Notes: a model not told the origin generated them from the sequence alone. Shown: positions 9,601-17,299, counted from the stretch's first letter. The stretch: DNA of 46,270 nucleotides from a virus (IMGVR_UViG_3300049926_000007:1-46270), one strand, 5' to 3'. A program made the numbers and translations.

Positions 9601-11489
9601 TCGCTGAGCAGATGAAGACTCTGAAGACACAGGGAATCACTCACGTAGATGAGAACCTGCGCAGGACCATGGAAGAGACTGCTCGTCGTAAGTCTCTTCG
9701 TGATGTGAAGAACTTCACCTTCACCATGGACCATGAGACGAAGATGGCTTATCATCTTCGTCACTTCGGAGCATTCTTCGGAGCGCAGCAGGAGAGCTGG
9801 AACCGCTGGGCTAAGATCATTGCAGAGAAGCCACAGACTCTACCTCACGTAGCTCAGGTGTACAACGCGCCTGCGCGCGTTGGTATGGTTACTGACGTCG
9901 ATGGCAATCCCGTTGATGGTGCTGGTTACAGCACCGATCCAATCACCGGAGAGAAGAAGCTTACCGACTTCTCTCAGCGCAAGATTCTGTTCCAGGTTCC
10001 CGATTATCTGGGAGGCAAGGCTCTCAACAAGGCTCTTGGCCTTGACGAGAACGCTAAGTTTTCCATCCCCGTTTCCTCCGTCGAGCTAGTGCTTAACCAT
10101 GGAGACGGGCCTCTGCCCGTCGGCACTGGACCAATGGTTCAGATCGGAGTGAATCACTTCGCTCAAGATGATCCTAAGGTCGCTGACTGGGCTCAGCAGA
10201 TGGGTGTACTTCCGTTTGGTCCAACCAACAACGTGCTGGACTTCATCAATCCAACCACCGGCAAGCGTCTTGGAGATTCCTCTGACGACCTAGGTCAGGT
10301 CAAGCAGCGCTCTCTCCTGTACATGATGCAGGTCGAGACGTACAAGTACGAGAACGGCCTTCGAGACACTCAGCCAACATGGACTGAGCTGAAGGACCGT
10401 GCCGACAAGTGGACCATGTTCCGTGCAGTGGCAGCCTTCGGGCTGCCTGTGTCACTGAATGCACAGGATCCATACCAGTACTTCCGTGATGAGTATTCCA
10501 GAATGCAGAACGTCGATCCGACTAGGGCTGATGAAGCATTCTACGAGAAGTATGGAGACTCGCTCTACTCCTTCACCACCTCAATGAGTAAGAACGCTAC
10601 CGGACTGCGTCCAACGCAGGAAGGTGTACAGGCAAGTAAGTACTACAAGGATCTAATCAACAAGGTTGGTCCTGAGTACGCATCTGTAGTCGTTGGAGAT
10701 GAAGGGAATGGAACGTACTCTCAGGGTGCGTACTACTACCAGAAGACTCACGCGACTGATATCGCAGCAGCAAGTACTGATCGTACGAGTGTCGGAGCCC
10801 GAGAGGCTCTCGCTACCAACAGGACTAACCTGGGCTGGAAGCAGTATCAGTCCGCGATGACTCAGATCAACTCTCAGCTCTTTGATCGCGGTCTTAGCTC
10901 GTTTGATGCCAAGGGCGCAGAGGATCTCAAGAGTATTCGCGCGGGAGTTATCTCCGCGCTATCTCAGTCCAAGCTTCCGACCGGCGAGGACAATCCTTAC
11001 TACAACAGGCAGTGGGCAGAAGACTTCAACACGCTCAATGACGACAAGTACAATGAGCGTGCCGTAGACATGCAGAAGATCGTAGATGACCCAGAGATCT
11101 GGAGCAAGGCGTATGATGCAACCAACGATACGGTTGGTCAGCGCTCTGACATCTACAGTCTGAAGTCCTACCTGTTCTACCGCAATCAGATGCAGGTAGC
11201 ACTCCAGCAGCGCAAGCTTGCTGGTGGCTCTGGAGACATCAACGCAGCAGCCAACAATGATCTGCGTAGTAACTTCAGCGATTACACTACCACGCTGATG
11301 GAGCAGGACACGAAGTTCGAGACTCTTCACTCTCGCTGGTTCGCAACTGACATGGGATACAACTCCAACGAAGTTGCACTACAGGCTCAGCAGACTCCAG
11401 AGTCTACTATCATGACTGGCCTTAGCGCTGTGCAGTCTCAGGTAAAGGCTAACAGCTCTGCACTACAGGGAGATCTCTATGGCGGTTGA
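6603..11489 (+). CDS. Large internal virion / DNA-ejection protein (putative)
   Basis: 1628 aa in the structural module next to a muralytic protein; function inferred from size and position. Confidence 0.6.
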   Translation: MSTPLSPADLEATQRDLLKGAVDYDQLPASTITQLQSYWDTHPNAQQDQNTDPAALAKLKQDRASVAGQGDILSSPIFKPVEWLGSKLYSLYSNTVSPATSMVALTARRLIWGKSEDDPTGFTDTYKDLWNEGHAISPGQAIWMMGFSDKELKARGIAPNQITQNLTPKDYAWSGLFGANPTKTTAEGEKAKNQYFNNGAAQFVTGALDFGVSWYADPLVLGGKVAGAAKVAGITKPVSKLAAKSGGDFDKLTAGSAFSSMTKKVMDIKAKNPDTAALRLREFPTVSKSANGDMLARLLADAKDESQVTRVLRVSIGDYKGYLGLEADNMRLAYQVKTATQRVQALNTSYNALPAARQGSLFGQKLKAYIGAQEDMVSKLDSENGILTETMKAFGSVDNLNYNRITTPLGLKVKAGIQDSSLKQVKGQGIIKATPALIYNAAVGFPIHLIRSYNDIKPSAYLELHAEDSYKELGSTLDESNSLTKAEKDKYVSDYIKSTPNERGQLMVNIERGVSQKILDKVNADRARKGKSALDPDMAHQLYDDFVQRRSAAQGSARTKRSYSASRLTNGNTGLSYNVAEIDAGGGRVIATPLYETQLANSHVVMDFKNFEKILQEQGDSFQTLKNSLGNKWHTGNEIADTLGTYWKFAQLFRLGYAPRALADDFMGQVARYGALSMASRAGKGAVNVTNKILQGTWAGASKGAITEQLKIQHAMNSVHLEDLGRVEQRLKIEIAGKQGNYNVTNLQQELSDVQTELQATKDDMLKVSNTIKGASEVDRSTKVGRQVFNSPLGGVQGNLFRDLLSGERNFGNMMGRAADWHLKRARAGDWENIQATVHGVDRHRSAWSRKINDQIAQSAIGRQMLTGKSEDELVNWMRTTPEGRAYRADIGDKNMPIRERAKRVLADFNDTLNPNIVGMDSIKADILAGKFDMKKLEEIVPVGARPIINGESFKYASGTSALSRTMDNMVSGFYNVANQIPANKLLRNPLFAQQYKAHLAEQMKTLKTQGITHVDENLRRTMEETARRKSLRDVKNFTFTMDHETKMAYHLRHFGAFFGAQQESWNRWAKIIAEKPQTLPHVAQVYNAPARVGMVTDVDGNPVDGAGYSTDPITGEKKLTDFSQRKILFQVPDYLGGKALNKALGLDENAKFSIPVSSVELVLNHGDGPLPVGTGPMVQIGVNHFAQDDPKVADWAQQMGVLPFGPTNNVLDFINPTTGKRLGDSSDDLGQVKQRSLLYMMQVETYKYENGLRDTQPTWTELKDRADKWTMFRAVAAFGLPVSLNAQDPYQYFRDEYSRMQNVDPTRADEAFYEKYGDSLYSFTTSMSKNATGLRPTQEGVQASKYYKDLINKVGPEYASVVVGDEGNGTYSQGAYYYQKTHATDIAAASTDRTSVGAREALATNRTNLGWKQYQSAMTQINSQLFDRGLSSFDAKGAEDLKSIRAGVISALSQSKLPTGEDNPYYNRQWAEDFNTLNDDKYNERAVDMQKIVDDPEIWSKAYDATNDTVGQRSDIYSLKSYLFYRNQMQVALQQRKLAGGSGDINAAANNDLRSNFSDYTTTLMEQDTKFETLHSRWFATDMGYNSNEVALQAQQTPESTIMTGLSAVQSQVKANSSALQGDLYGG

Positions 11490-12291
11490 TAAGACCACGC
11501 CAAGTGGCAGGACTGGCAGTCTTCTAGATACGGCCAGTGCATACGCCAGTACTAGCACCAGCGCTTCTAGCACATCTGATCCTCCCGTGTATCTAGGCCA
11601 GTCTCCTGGCCTATCGGCTGGAACGCAGAATCCTTACGGGTTCGGTAATCAGCCTGTAGTTCCTGGAATCACTGCCGCACAGGACAATGTGCAGAACCTC
11701 AGCACCGTCCAGCAGCAGTATTACGACTGGGATGCAAAGACTAGGAACAAGTTCCTGAGTCAGCTCTCTCTCGCTGGATACAACGTGAGCAACATGCAGG
11801 ATAGTGACCTCGCTTCGGCGTGGTCAAACTATGCAACCCAGGCAGCCGCTTACTACAAGAGTGGATCGGGTAAGAAGCTCACACCTTGGGACATCATGGC
11901 TATTGATCGTAGGACTAGGGAAGCTGCCGTACCAACCACGACTACGGCAACCAACCTGTCCTACGACATGTCCAGCAAGGAAGATGCACATGCACTCTTC
12001 CTTCAGGCGAGTCAGTCTCTTCTCGGACGAGCCCCTACGGGCTCGGAGATCAGCCAGTTCCAGAAGCAGCTGAATGTCTACGAGAAGAAGAATCCAACGA
12101 AGACTACGACCACAACCACTACTAGTGGAACTGGAAACAGTACTTCAAATACCAACACCAGCGGTGGAGTATCTGCCTCTGCTCGCGAGATGATGGCCTC
12201 TGACGAGGCCAAGCAGGGCCCTGAGTTCGGGGCTTACCAGGCTAGCACTACGTACTTCAATGCTCTTCTGGGAATGCTGGGAAGTAAGTAA
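11479..12291 (+). CDS. Putative internal virion protein (Thr/Ser-rich)
   Basis: Long ORF, GGGAG SD, overlaps the upstream stop. Confidence 0.7.
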   Translation: MAVDKTTPSGRTGSLLDTASAYASTSTSASSTSDPPVYLGQSPGLSAGTQNPYGFGNQPVVPGITAAQDNVQNLSTVQQQYYDWDAKTRNKFLSQLSLAGYNVSNMQDSDLASAWSNYATQAAAYYKSGSGKKLTPWDIMAIDRRTREAAVPTTTTATNLSYDMSSKEDAHALFLQASQSLLGRAPTGSEISQFQKQLNVYEKKNPTKTTTTTTTSGTGNSTSNTNTSGGVSASAREMMASDEAKQGPEFGAYQASTTYFNALLGMLGSK

Positions 12292-12309
12292 TCCTCGAAA
12301 GGAATCAAC

Positions 12310-13611
12310 GTGGCTACTGATGGATCCGACATCATGGCATACGCCAAGCAGTTCCTTGGCACGCCATACAAGTGGGGAGGCAATAGCCTCACCGGTGGAG
12401 TTGACTGCTCTGGTCTGGTCCAGCAGGTCTACAAGCACTTTGGTATCTCAGTACCGCGAGTGACTTACCAGCAGATCGGTCAGGGCAAGTCCATCTCGAT
12501 GAACAAGCTCATGCCCGGTGACATGGTCTTCTTCGATACGGACAAGAGTGATGCAGGGCCCGACCACGTCGGGCTCTACCTTGGAGATGGCAAGATGCTT
12601 CATGCTCCGCACACTGGAGATGTGGTAAAGATCAGTGACATCACCACTGGTTACTACCAGGACATCTTCATGGGTGGACGGAGGGTAAGTGGGATTAGCG
12701 GTGGTGGTCTCAGCACCTCCTCAACTGGCGATACGGCCACCGCCGCCAAGCTCTCACCAGAAGAGCTTGCCTCCGAATACGGCTGGGCTTACAGCTTCCT
12801 CAAGCACAATGACAGCGTCAGTGGACTATTCGATCAGGCCGTAAAGGGAACATGGACTGCGGAGAAGTTCCAGGCAAAGCTGAGGGAGACCAAGTGGTGG
12901 AAGGAAAACTCTGACACCATGCGTCAGGCTCAGGTCCTTAAGGAGACTGATCCGGCAACCTATCAGGCGAACGTGGCTGCGAGCAAGCTTCAGATTCAGC
13001 AGATGGCATCGGAGATGGGAGCAGCCATCCCATCCAAGAAGCTAAACTCCATTGCTGCCAGTGCTTACGCCACTGGCATGGATGATGCCAGCCTGAAGAA
13101 CACTCTTGGGAAGTACATCACCTTCACCAAGAATGGAACGCTGAATGGTGAGGCTGGTATGTTCGCTCACTCCATCAAGGAGTATGCGGCATCTCAGGGT
13201 GTGAAGCTGGACGATCAGACTGTGAAGAATCAGGCTGCTCTCATTGCTCGTGGCCTAGCCACCGAGCAAGACTTCCAGTCTCAGGTTCAGGAGCAGGCCG
13301 CTTCGATGTATCCTGCATACGCAGATCAGATCAAGGCCGGTCAGACTGTCTCTGATGTGGCTTCTCCATACATTCAGCAGATGGCTTCGGATCTGGAGAT
13401 CCCATCCACGAGCATCACGCCCACTGATCCCCTGATTAAGCAGGCCCTTAATGGACTGGACGACAAGGGCAAGCCTGTGGGTATCGATGCAACCACATTC
13501 CAGAGTCTTATCAGGAATGATCCTCGCTGGACCAAGACTGCTGGCGCACAGAACAACGTGATGAAGATTGGCACCAGCGTACTCAAGAACATGGGTGTGA
13601 TCAGTGGCTAA
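12310..13611 (+). CDS. NlpC/P60 family virion-associated peptidoglycan hydrolase
   Basis: GTPYKWGG...DCSGLV...GDMVFF...HVGLY...MLHA. Confidence 0.9.
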   Translation: MATDGSDIMAYAKQFLGTPYKWGGNSLTGGVDCSGLVQQVYKHFGISVPRVTYQQIGQGKSISMNKLMPGDMVFFDTDKSDAGPDHVGLYLGDGKMLHAPHTGDVVKISDITTGYYQDIFMGGRRVSGISGGGLSTSSTGDTATAAKLSPEELASEYGWAYSFLKHNDSVSGLFDQAVKGTWTAEKFQAKLRETKWWKENSDTMRQAQVLKETDPATYQANVAASKLQIQQMASEMGAAIPSKKLNSIAASAYATGMDDASLKNTLGKYITFTKNGTLNGEAGMFAHSIKEYAASQGVKLDDQTVKNQAALIARGLATEQDFQSQVQEQAASMYPAYADQIKAGQTVSDVASPYIQQMASDLEIPSTSITPTDPLIKQALNGLDDKGKPVGIDATTFQSLIRNDPRWTKTAGAQNNVMKIGTSVLKNMGVISG

Positions 13612-14479
13612 GCTAAGTAGTGCTGAACTAGCCGAGCAGTATGGTTTCGTCTCCTCTCTCCTCAACTCCGACAAGGGCCTTAAGAGCCTATTCCAGCAGG
13701 CAGTTAAGGGCGAGTGGTCCTCCGATAAGTTCCAGGCAAAGCTTAGGAACACGCACTGGTGGAAGACTCACAGCCAAGATGAGCGAGACTATCTGGTCTC
13801 GCTCAAGTCTGATCCTGCTACAGCGCGTCAGTCCTACAACCAGAACTATACCGCTGCTCGTCAGCTAGCAAACTCTCTGGGCATTGTCGAGAGTGACTTC
13901 ACCATGAAGAAGATCAAGGAAGCCGCCTACAACATGACTGCGAAGGGCTGGACTGAGGCTCAGTCCCGCTACTATCTAGGTCAGTACATCTCCTTCTCCG
14001 ACAACAAGCATCAGGGTGAAGGCGGAGATGACTGGGATCAGCTCCACACCTACGCGTACAGCATGGGAGTCACTAAGGCTGGTGACTGGTATGGAGATGC
14101 GTCAAGGAAGATTGTCCGTGGCCTGGCTACGGTTCAGGACTACAAGTCTGAAATCAACAAGCAGGCCAAGGCTGCGTTCCCTCAGTGGAGTAAGCAGATC
14201 GATGGCGGCCAGACCGTTGCTGACATTGCCAGCCCTTACATGCAGTCAATGAGCACCATTCTGGAGCTGCCTTCGGGCAGCACCAATCTCTTTGATCCGA
14301 CCATCAAGAAGGCTCTGACCTACGTCAATCCGGCTACCACCAAGAAGGAGGCTATGCCCCTGTGGCAGTTCGAGAACAGCCTCAGGCAGGACAGCCGATG
14401 GAAGCAGACCAAGAACGCTCAGGACTCCCTGATGCAGGTAGGTCACCAAGTACTAACTGACTTTGGAGTTGCCTTCTAA
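13604..14479 (+). CDS. Putative virion protein, paralog of the C-terminal domain of the NlpC/P60 protein
   Basis: Shares motifs LFxQAVKGxWxxxKFQAKLRxTxWWK and GQTVxDxASPYxQxM. Confidence 0.8.
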   Translation: MAKLSSAELAEQYGFVSSLLNSDKGLKSLFQQAVKGEWSSDKFQAKLRNTHWWKTHSQDERDYLVSLKSDPATARQSYNQNYTAARQLANSLGIVESDFTMKKIKEAAYNMTAKGWTEAQSRYYLGQYISFSDNKHQGEGGDDWDQLHTYAYSMGVTKAGDWYGDASRKIVRGLATVQDYKSEINKQAKAAFPQWSKQIDGGQTVADIASPYMQSMSTILELPSGSTNLFDPTIKKALTYVNPATTKKEAMPLWQFENSLRQDSRWKQTKNAQDSLMQVGHQVLTDFGVAF

Positions 14480-15546
14480 TGGCTGACACTGCCAACCCAG
14501 CATCAAGCATTGATGAAGTAATCTTCAAGACGTACCAGCAGCAGCTACAGAACCTCAAGGCCCAGCAGGGCGCTCTGGCCATTCAGTCCAAGTCTCAGGA
14601 CAAGAAGAAGGCTGCTGCCGCAAAGCAGCAGCTTGACCACCTGAATGCACGTATGAGCACTCTGACCACGAAGACCGCAACTCTTCAGAACAAGGTGTAT
14701 GCGCAGAAGGGTCAGTACGAGAACCTTCTCACCGGAGATAACAGGGATGCGTACCTCGCCCTGAAGACCCTGTTCGGCAACTATGGCCTTGAGTCCCTGG
14801 CAAAGAACATCTATGACTATGCCAAGAATGGCTACAGCTCTGACACGATCTCTCTACTGCTTCAGGACACGCCAGAGTACAAGCAGCGATTTTCGGCGAA
14901 CGATGCTCGCAAGAAGGCTGGTCTCCCTGTTCTATCTCCGGCAGAGTATCTCTCCACTGAACAGAGCTATAGGCAGATCATGCATGCATCCGGCCTACCG
15001 ACCGGATACTATGACACCAATGAAGACTTCACCAACTTCATCTCCAAGGATCTCAGCCCTACCGAGCTTCAGTCTCGCGTAGATCTGGCAACGCAGGCAA
15101 CTGCGCTTGCCAGCACCAACTACAAGAAGGCCCTGAATCAGATGGGTATCGGAGACAGTGAGCTGACTGCTTACTTCCTTGATCCTGATAGGGCCCTGCC
15201 TTACGTACAGAAGGCTGCCGCTACGGCGGCCATTGGTGCAGAGGCTCTTCAGCGAGGACTGAACTTCGATCAGACCACCGCTGAGGAACTTGCCACTCGT
15301 GGCATCACTCGCGATACGGCAGCCACTGGCTATAGCCAGATCGGCGCAGAGTATGGTACGCTCGCGGGACTTGGCAACATCTATGGTGGCGGCTGGTCTC
15401 AGAAGCAGGCCGAGGAAGATGTCTTTACTGGTGGAACCGCCGCTACCGCGCAGAGGAAGAAGCTCATTGGTTCTGAACTTGCCGCCTTCAGCGGCAACTC
15501 TGGAGCTGCTAAGAGTGGACTCTCAAGTGCTGGTGGAGCACGCTGA
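14479..15546 (+). CDS. Putative virion protein
   Basis: TAATG coupling, 355 aa. Confidence 0.75.
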   Translation: MADTANPASSIDEVIFKTYQQQLQNLKAQQGALAIQSKSQDKKKAAAAKQQLDHLNARMSTLTTKTATLQNKVYAQKGQYENLLTGDNRDAYLALKTLFGNYGLESLAKNIYDYAKNGYSSDTISLLLQDTPEYKQRFSANDARKKAGLPVLSPAEYLSTEQSYRQIMHASGLPTGYYDTNEDFTNFISKDLSPTELQSRVDLATQATALASTNYKKALNQMGIGDSELTAYFLDPDRALPYVQKAAATAAIGAEALQRGLNFDQTTAEELATRGITRDTAATGYSQIGAEYGTLAGLGNIYGGGWSQKQAEEDVFTGGTAATAQRKKLIGSELAAFSGNSGAAKSGLSSAGGAR

Positions 15547-15550
15547 ACCA

Positions 15551-15596
15551 TGGTATGATGGTAAGCAAGCTAAGTGTACCCTCTTGGGGGTACACT
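15551..15596 (+). promoter_or_regulatory. Possible extended -10 promoter (TGgTATGAT) and leader hairpin for the tRNA array
   Basis: tggtatgat at 15551; hairpin agtgtaccc/gggtacact at 15573-15596. Confidence 0.4.
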
Positions 15597-15599
15597 CTT

Positions 15600-15671
15600 C
15601 TAGTAGATGCCGAATGGTAAGGCACCTGTTTTGGGAACAGGACTACGGGAGTTCGATCCTCTCCTACTAGA
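15600..15671 (+). tRNA. tRNA-Pro(TGG)
   Basis: Acceptor ctagtag/ctactag; anticodon arm cctgt-tt TGG ga-acagg; TTCGA loop. Confidence 0.9.
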
Positions 15672-15672
15672 C

Positions 15673-15715
15673 GTAGTCGTTTGGGGCAACGCGACCTACA
15701 AATAAGGTTGTCCCA
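15673..15715 (+). ncRNA. H-type pseudoknot in tRNA spacer
   Basis: S1 gtagtcgt/gcgac(c)tac; S2 tggggcaac/gttgtccca; A-rich loop aaataag. Confidence 0.55.
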
Positions 15716-15718
15716 CCT

Positions 15719-15789
15719 GTCTCATTGATGTAGCGGTAACATACTAGTCTTCCAAACTAGGCTCGTCGGTTCGATCCCGACATGAGACT
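15719..15789 (+). tRNA. tRNA-Gly(TCC)
   Basis: gtctcat/atgagac; ctagt-ct TCC aa-actag. Confidence 0.92.
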
Positions 15790-15790
15790 C

Positions 15791-15864
15791 TGCCGGATGG
15801 TGTAATGGTAACACGAGGGCCTCATAAGCCTTAACTCTCGGTTCAACTCCGAGTCTGGCCACCA
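15791..15864 (+). tRNA. tRNA-Met(CAT), 1:72 mismatch, CCA encoded
   Basis: tgccgga/tctggcc; agggc-ct CAT aa-gcctt. Confidence 0.88.
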
Positions 15865-15896
15865 CTTGCAACTTGACAACTTAATCCCACAGACGC

Positions 15897-15970
15897 ATTC
15901 CCTTGGTGTAATGGAAGCACAAGAGATTCCAAACCTCTTAGCGTGAGTTCGATTCTTACAGGGTTTGCCA
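15897..15970 (+). tRNA. tRNA-Trp(CCA), CCA encoded
   Basis: agaga-tt CCA aa-cctct; acceptor has two T.T mismatches. Confidence 0.82.
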
Positions 15971-15971
15971 A

Positions 15972-16043
15972 TGCTCTTTGGTGTAATCGGTAACACTGGT
16001 GGTTCTGGCCCACCCGTACGAGGTTCGAATCCTTGGAGAGCAG
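15972..16043 (+). tRNA. tRNA-Gln(CTG)
   Basis: tgctctt/gagagca; ggtgg-tt CTG gc-ccacc. Confidence 0.92.
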
Positions 16044-16047
16044 CTTT

Positions 16048-16128
16048 GGAAGGTACTGCCGGATGGTCGGCAAGCGGTCTAGAAAACCGTGGTATCCTCG
16101 GATAGGGGTTCGACTCCTCTACCTTCCT
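16048..16128 (+). tRNA. tRNA-Ser(AGA)
   Basis: ggaaggt/accttcc; gcggt-ct AGA aa-accgt; long variable arm. Confidence 0.88.
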
Positions 16129-16130
16129 CT

Positions 16131-16209
16131 GGACAGTGTGGAGCTGGGCTCCTGGAGACCTGCTAAGTCTCTTTAGTTTAGGCTAGAGGTTCGACTCCTC
16201 CACTCTCCG
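16131..16209 (+). tRNA. tRNA-Ser(GCT)
   Basis: gagac-ct GCT aa-gtctc; long variable arm; G73. Confidence 0.85.
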
Positions 16210-16213
16210 CTTT

Positions 16214-16293
16214 GGATGTCGGCCACTGGTGTGGCAGGGAGGCTGTAACCCTCTCGTCTTCGGGCATGGTAGGTTCGACTCCTACGGCATCCA
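16214..16293 (+). tRNA. tRNA-Tyr(GTA)
   Basis: ggatgtc/ggcatcc; ggagg-ct GTA ac-cctct; variable arm. Confidence 0.88.
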
Positions 16294-16296
16294 CTT

Positions 16297-16364
16297 GATC
16301 TGCTGCGATGGTCAAGGCGTCGGTTGCAACCCGACGCATCTGAGTTCGATTCTCAGGCGGATCT
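16297..16364 (+). tRNA. tRNA-Cys(GCA), reduced D-arm
   Basis: gatctgc/gcggatc, U73; gtcgg-tt GCA ac-ccgac. Confidence 0.82.
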
Positions 16365-16368
16365 CTTT

Positions 16369-16440
16369 GGGCGATTAGTGTTAACGGTAGCACGTCTGTT
16401 TTGCAAGCAGATAGCGAGAGTTCGAATCTCTCATTGTCCA
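16369..16440 (+). tRNA. tRNA-Ala(TGC)
   Basis: G3.U70 present; tctgt-tt TGC aa-gcaga. Confidence 0.92.
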
Positions 16441-16441
16441 C

Positions 16442-16517
16442 TGGAATGTAGCACAACGGTTCAGTGCAGCCGCCTGATACGCGGCCGACCAGGGTTCAAC
16501 TCCCTGCGTTCCTACCA
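16442..16517 (+). tRNA. tRNA-Ile(GAT), CCA encoded
   Basis: gccgc-ct GAT ac-gcggc. Confidence 0.9.
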
Positions 16518-16521
16518 ACCT

Positions 16522-16593
16522 GCATATGTAGCTCAATGGTGGAGCAATCGCTTGTCACGCGATAGGACGAGGGTTCGATCCCCTTCATGTGCG
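16522..16593 (+). tRNA. tRNA-Asp(GTC)
   Basis: gcatatg/catgtgc, G73; atcgc-tt GTC ac-gcgat. Confidence 0.92.
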
Positions 16594-16621
16594 CTTGGGT
16601 GTCTCGCAAGAGCCCCATCTT

Positions 16622-16696
16622 GGTCCTGTAGCCCAACGGTTAGAGGCACTGGTCTTAGGAACCAGACAGTGATGGGTTCGAATCCCTCCAGGACTA
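16622..16696 (+). tRNA. tRNA-Leu(TAG), short variable region
   Basis: ggtcctg/caggact, A73; ctggt-ct TAG ga-accag. Confidence 0.85.
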
Positions 16697-16707
16697 CGCA
16701 GCAACAT

Positions 16708-16779
16708 GCTCCACTCGTATAGTGGTCAGTATAGAAGGTTCTCAACCTTCTGGGCGGGGTTCAATTCCCCGGTGGAGTA
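16708..16779 (+). tRNA. tRNA-Glu(CTC)
   Basis: gctccac/gtggagt; gaagg-tt CTC aa-ccttc. Confidence 0.92.
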
Positions 16780-16816
16780 CGAGCCCCGGACATGGCAGAT
16801 ATAAACTGTCCAACCT

Positions 16817-16887
16817 GCCCTTCTAGCTCAGTGGTAGAGCACCGGCTTGAAAACCCGGAGGCTGTGGTTCGATTCCACGGATCGGCA
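16817..16887 (+). tRNA. tRNA-Phe(GAA)
   Basis: Canonical D-arm tagctcagtggtagagc; loop tt GAA aa; two acceptor mismatches. Confidence 0.85.
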
Positions 16888-16889
16888 CT

Positions 16890-16960
16890 GTGACCATGTT
16901 GTAATGGTAGCCTGCTAGGTTGTGTCCCTAGCTGCGAGGGTTCGATTCCCTCTGGTCACC
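16890..16960 (+). tRNA. tRNA-His(GTG)
   Basis: gtgacca/tggtcac, C73; ctagg-tt GTG tc-cctag. Confidence 0.85.
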
Positions 16961-16962
16961 CC

Positions 16963-17034
16963 GTGAGTATCGTTCAAAGGATAGGACAGCGTCCTACGAA
17001 GTCGCTGATGGGGGTTCGAGTCCCTCTACTCACA
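16963..17034 (+). tRNA. tRNA-Arg(ACG)
   Basis: gtgagta/tactcac; loop ct ACG aa. Confidence 0.9.
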
Positions 17035-17035
17035 C

Positions 17036-17108
17036 GCTCCGGTCGCACAGTGGTAGTGCAACAGACTCTTAATCTGCGAGAACGTGGGTTCGAATCCCAC
17101 CCGGAACA
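17036..17108 (+). tRNA. tRNA-Lys(CTT)
   Basis: caga-ct CTT aa-tctg; T-arm gtggg/cccac. Confidence 0.9.
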
Positions 17109-17158
17109 CTGCAAGCGAGATGCGTAATTACCGGTTGATGGTGGCTATTGCTTGCTTT

Positions 17159-17229
17159 GCCTTTCTAGCTCAATGGTAGAGCACTTGTTTAGTAATCAAG
17201 TGACGTGGGTTCGATTCCTACGAGGGGCT
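17159..17229 (+). tRNA. tRNA-Thr(AGT)
   Basis: gcctttc/gaggggc; loop tt AGT aa. Confidence 0.88.
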
Positions 17230-17230
17230 C

Positions 17231-17297
17231 TGGGGTTCATGCGCAACTAGGTGCACCTAGATGACTTAAGGACACTTGCGCGAAGTGTCGCCCCTAC
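17231..17297 (+). ncRNA. Structured non-tRNA RNA (three-way junction with bulge-loop kissing)
   Basis: ggggt/gcccc, tcat/atga, ctagg/cctag, gacac/gtgtc; bulge gcgcaa is complementary to loop ttgcgc. Confidence 0.5.
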
Positions 17298-17299
17298 AT

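Noticed and set aside
6603-11489. 1628-aa protein as a virion RNA polymerase or tape measure protein
   Set aside because: No DFDGD or recognisable T7/N4 polymerase motifs; no long-tail genes or tail-chaperone frameshift pair
15673-15715. Canonical theta/HDV or pistol ribozyme, or preQ1 riboswitch
   Set aside because: Lacks HDV P3/L3 and pistol P2/P3, and has no downstream expression platform; kept only as an unclassified pseudoknot
15873-15900. TTGACA inside the tRNA array as an internal promoter
   Set aside because: No convincing -10 element at 16-19 bp
16622-16696. Amber suppressor tRNA
   Set aside because: TAG here is the anticodon, which reads CUA (Leu); no CTA, TTA or TCA anticodon was found, so there is no evidence of stop-codon recoding
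15757-16745. ORF-track ORFs across the tRNA array
   Set aside because: Spurious frames overlapping clear tRNA genes
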